A stretch of 61,986 nucleotides of DNA, the filler included. It is 7 parts of 7 records of this genome, joined end to end, with 100 filler letters (N's around TTAATTAATTAA, not from the genome) between each part and the next. Parts side by side here need not be neighbours in the genome. Positions count along the whole stretch, not along the records: positions 56,132 to 61,986 come from SRR22947725_3526; 6 more parts are not named here. The stretch is one strand, 5' to 3'. Under the pieces are notes generated by a model. The model saw only the letters and a program-made list of their open reading frames with translations, did no database searches and was not told the origin of the DNA. A program made the translations under genes and the position numbers. Of this stretch, positions 61,252 through 61,986 are shown one piece after another; positions within the stretch are counted from its first letter, which is position 1, and each line of letters begins with the position of its first letter.

Positions 61252-61707
61252 ATGAGCTTACAAGTTGGAGATACAATACCTGAATTTAAATTATACAATT
61301 ACGATAAAAATGCCTATGAAGATAAAGATTTTTTAGGTAAGAAAACAATGTTTGTTTTCCTTCCATTTCCATTCAGCAGTGTCTGTGACAAAGAAATGTG
61401 TGAACTCAGAGATAATAAAGCATCTTTAGAAGAAAATGGAACTGATACGGTTTTAATCACAGTAGGTGCGAGTCCAACAAATAGTGCATGGGCTGCACAG
61501 TATGGAATTGAGTTTCCAATACTTGCAGATTTTTGGCCACATGGGGCAGTGTCACAAAAATTTGGTTGCTTCCATGAAAAAGCTGGTATTTCTTTAAGGT
61601 ACTCTTACATAACTGATGAAAATAATGTAATCACTGAAATAATCAAAAGTGATGAAATTGGTGTTGAGAGAGACTTTAGTGAATATAAAGAAAGTTTTGG
61701 CTTTTAA
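61252..61707 (+). CDS. Peroxiredoxin, AhpE-like
   Basis: PFPFSSVC peroxidatic motif, DFWPHG AhpE signature, AGGAG SD. Confidence 0.85.
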   Translation: MSLQVGDTIPEFKLYNYDKNAYEDKDFLGKKTMFVFLPFPFSSVCDKEMCELRDNKASLEENGTDTVLITVGASPTNSAWAAQYGIEFPILADFWPHGAVSQKFGCFHEKAGISLRYSYITDENNVITEIIKSDEIGVERDFSEYKESFGF

Positions 61708-61985
61708 CTAACTTCCCTAATATCAAAACTTTGTACTCTTTGTCTTTTTATACGTCTACGTTCTCTTTCAGAGAGTCCGCCCCATATACCAAACTTTTCA
61801 GATTGCTCTATGGCAAATTCTAGACAATCTTCCTGGACGTTGCAGGCTCTACAAATAGACTTGGCTTTTCTTGTTGAAGCACCTCTCTCGGGGAAAAATA
61901 TATCGGCGTCTGCACCCTTACAGTTTGCTTCCTCAGTCCATGAAGGCATCCCTCCAATTAGATCTTCCATTTTTGAATTTTCCAC
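61704..61985 (-). CDS. whiB: WhiB-family Fe-S transcriptional regulator (WhiB2/WhmD-like); start uncertain at the window edge
   Basis: Four Cys (C...CRAC...C), FFPERG, GIWGGLSERERR. Confidence 0.92.
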   Translation of the reverse strand: MENSKMEDLIGGMPSWTEEANCKGADADIFFPERGASTRKAKSICRACNVQEDCLEFAIEQSEKFGIWGGLSERERRRIKRQRVQSFDIREVS

Positions 61986-61986
61986 C

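Overview
This window is not one locus. It is seven unrelated contigs joined by six identical artificial 100-bp spacers (N44-TTAATTAATTAA-N44). Taxa are inferred from protein sequence style, gene order and promoter motifs, and all look like AT-rich, streamlined marine bacterioplankton. (1) 1-7996, Flavobacteriia: tRNA-Gly fragment, mutS, SpoU methylase, folK-deoxynucleoside kinase fusion, YhhQ/VUT transporter, DUF2797, GH3, clpX'. (2) 8097-15934, Flavobacteriia: nhaC', ftsK, lolA, LptF/G, ribBX, TauE, tRNA-Ser fragment. (3) 16035-28090, Rhodobacteraceae-like: atpA', atpH, a divergent secreted M16 pair, methyltransferase, gloB, clpA, and a MotB/OmpA long coiled-coil gene with a MotA/ExbB-like partner. 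(4) 28191-38833, SUP05/Thioglobus-like gammaproteobacterium: uppS', hisF, a complete caa3-type cytochrome c oxidase and assembly cluster, tRNA-Thr fragment. (5) 38934-49696 and (6) 49797-56031, OM43/Methylophilales-like: dnaK'J, gloA, ferredoxin, coaD, rsmD, M16 pair, ftsYEX, CIRCE-rpoH; then peptide ABC, fabI, ppiD, tRNA-Asp fragment. (7) 56132-61986, Actinomarina-like actinobacterium: acyl-CoA ligase', two Liv-type ATPases, htrA, degenerate zincin, AhpE, whiB. The content is mostly core housekeeping. I saw no CRISPR array, mobile element, prophage or clear defence island, and I cannot claim a definitively new system. The best candidates for a second look are the orphan MotA/MotB (Zorya-motor-like) pair with repeat-expanded stalk, the inserted divergent M16 pair, an unannotated 32-aa ORF in the cox operon, a His-rich SCO, a CIRCE-overlapped and probably leaderless rpoH, and several pseudo-enzymes.
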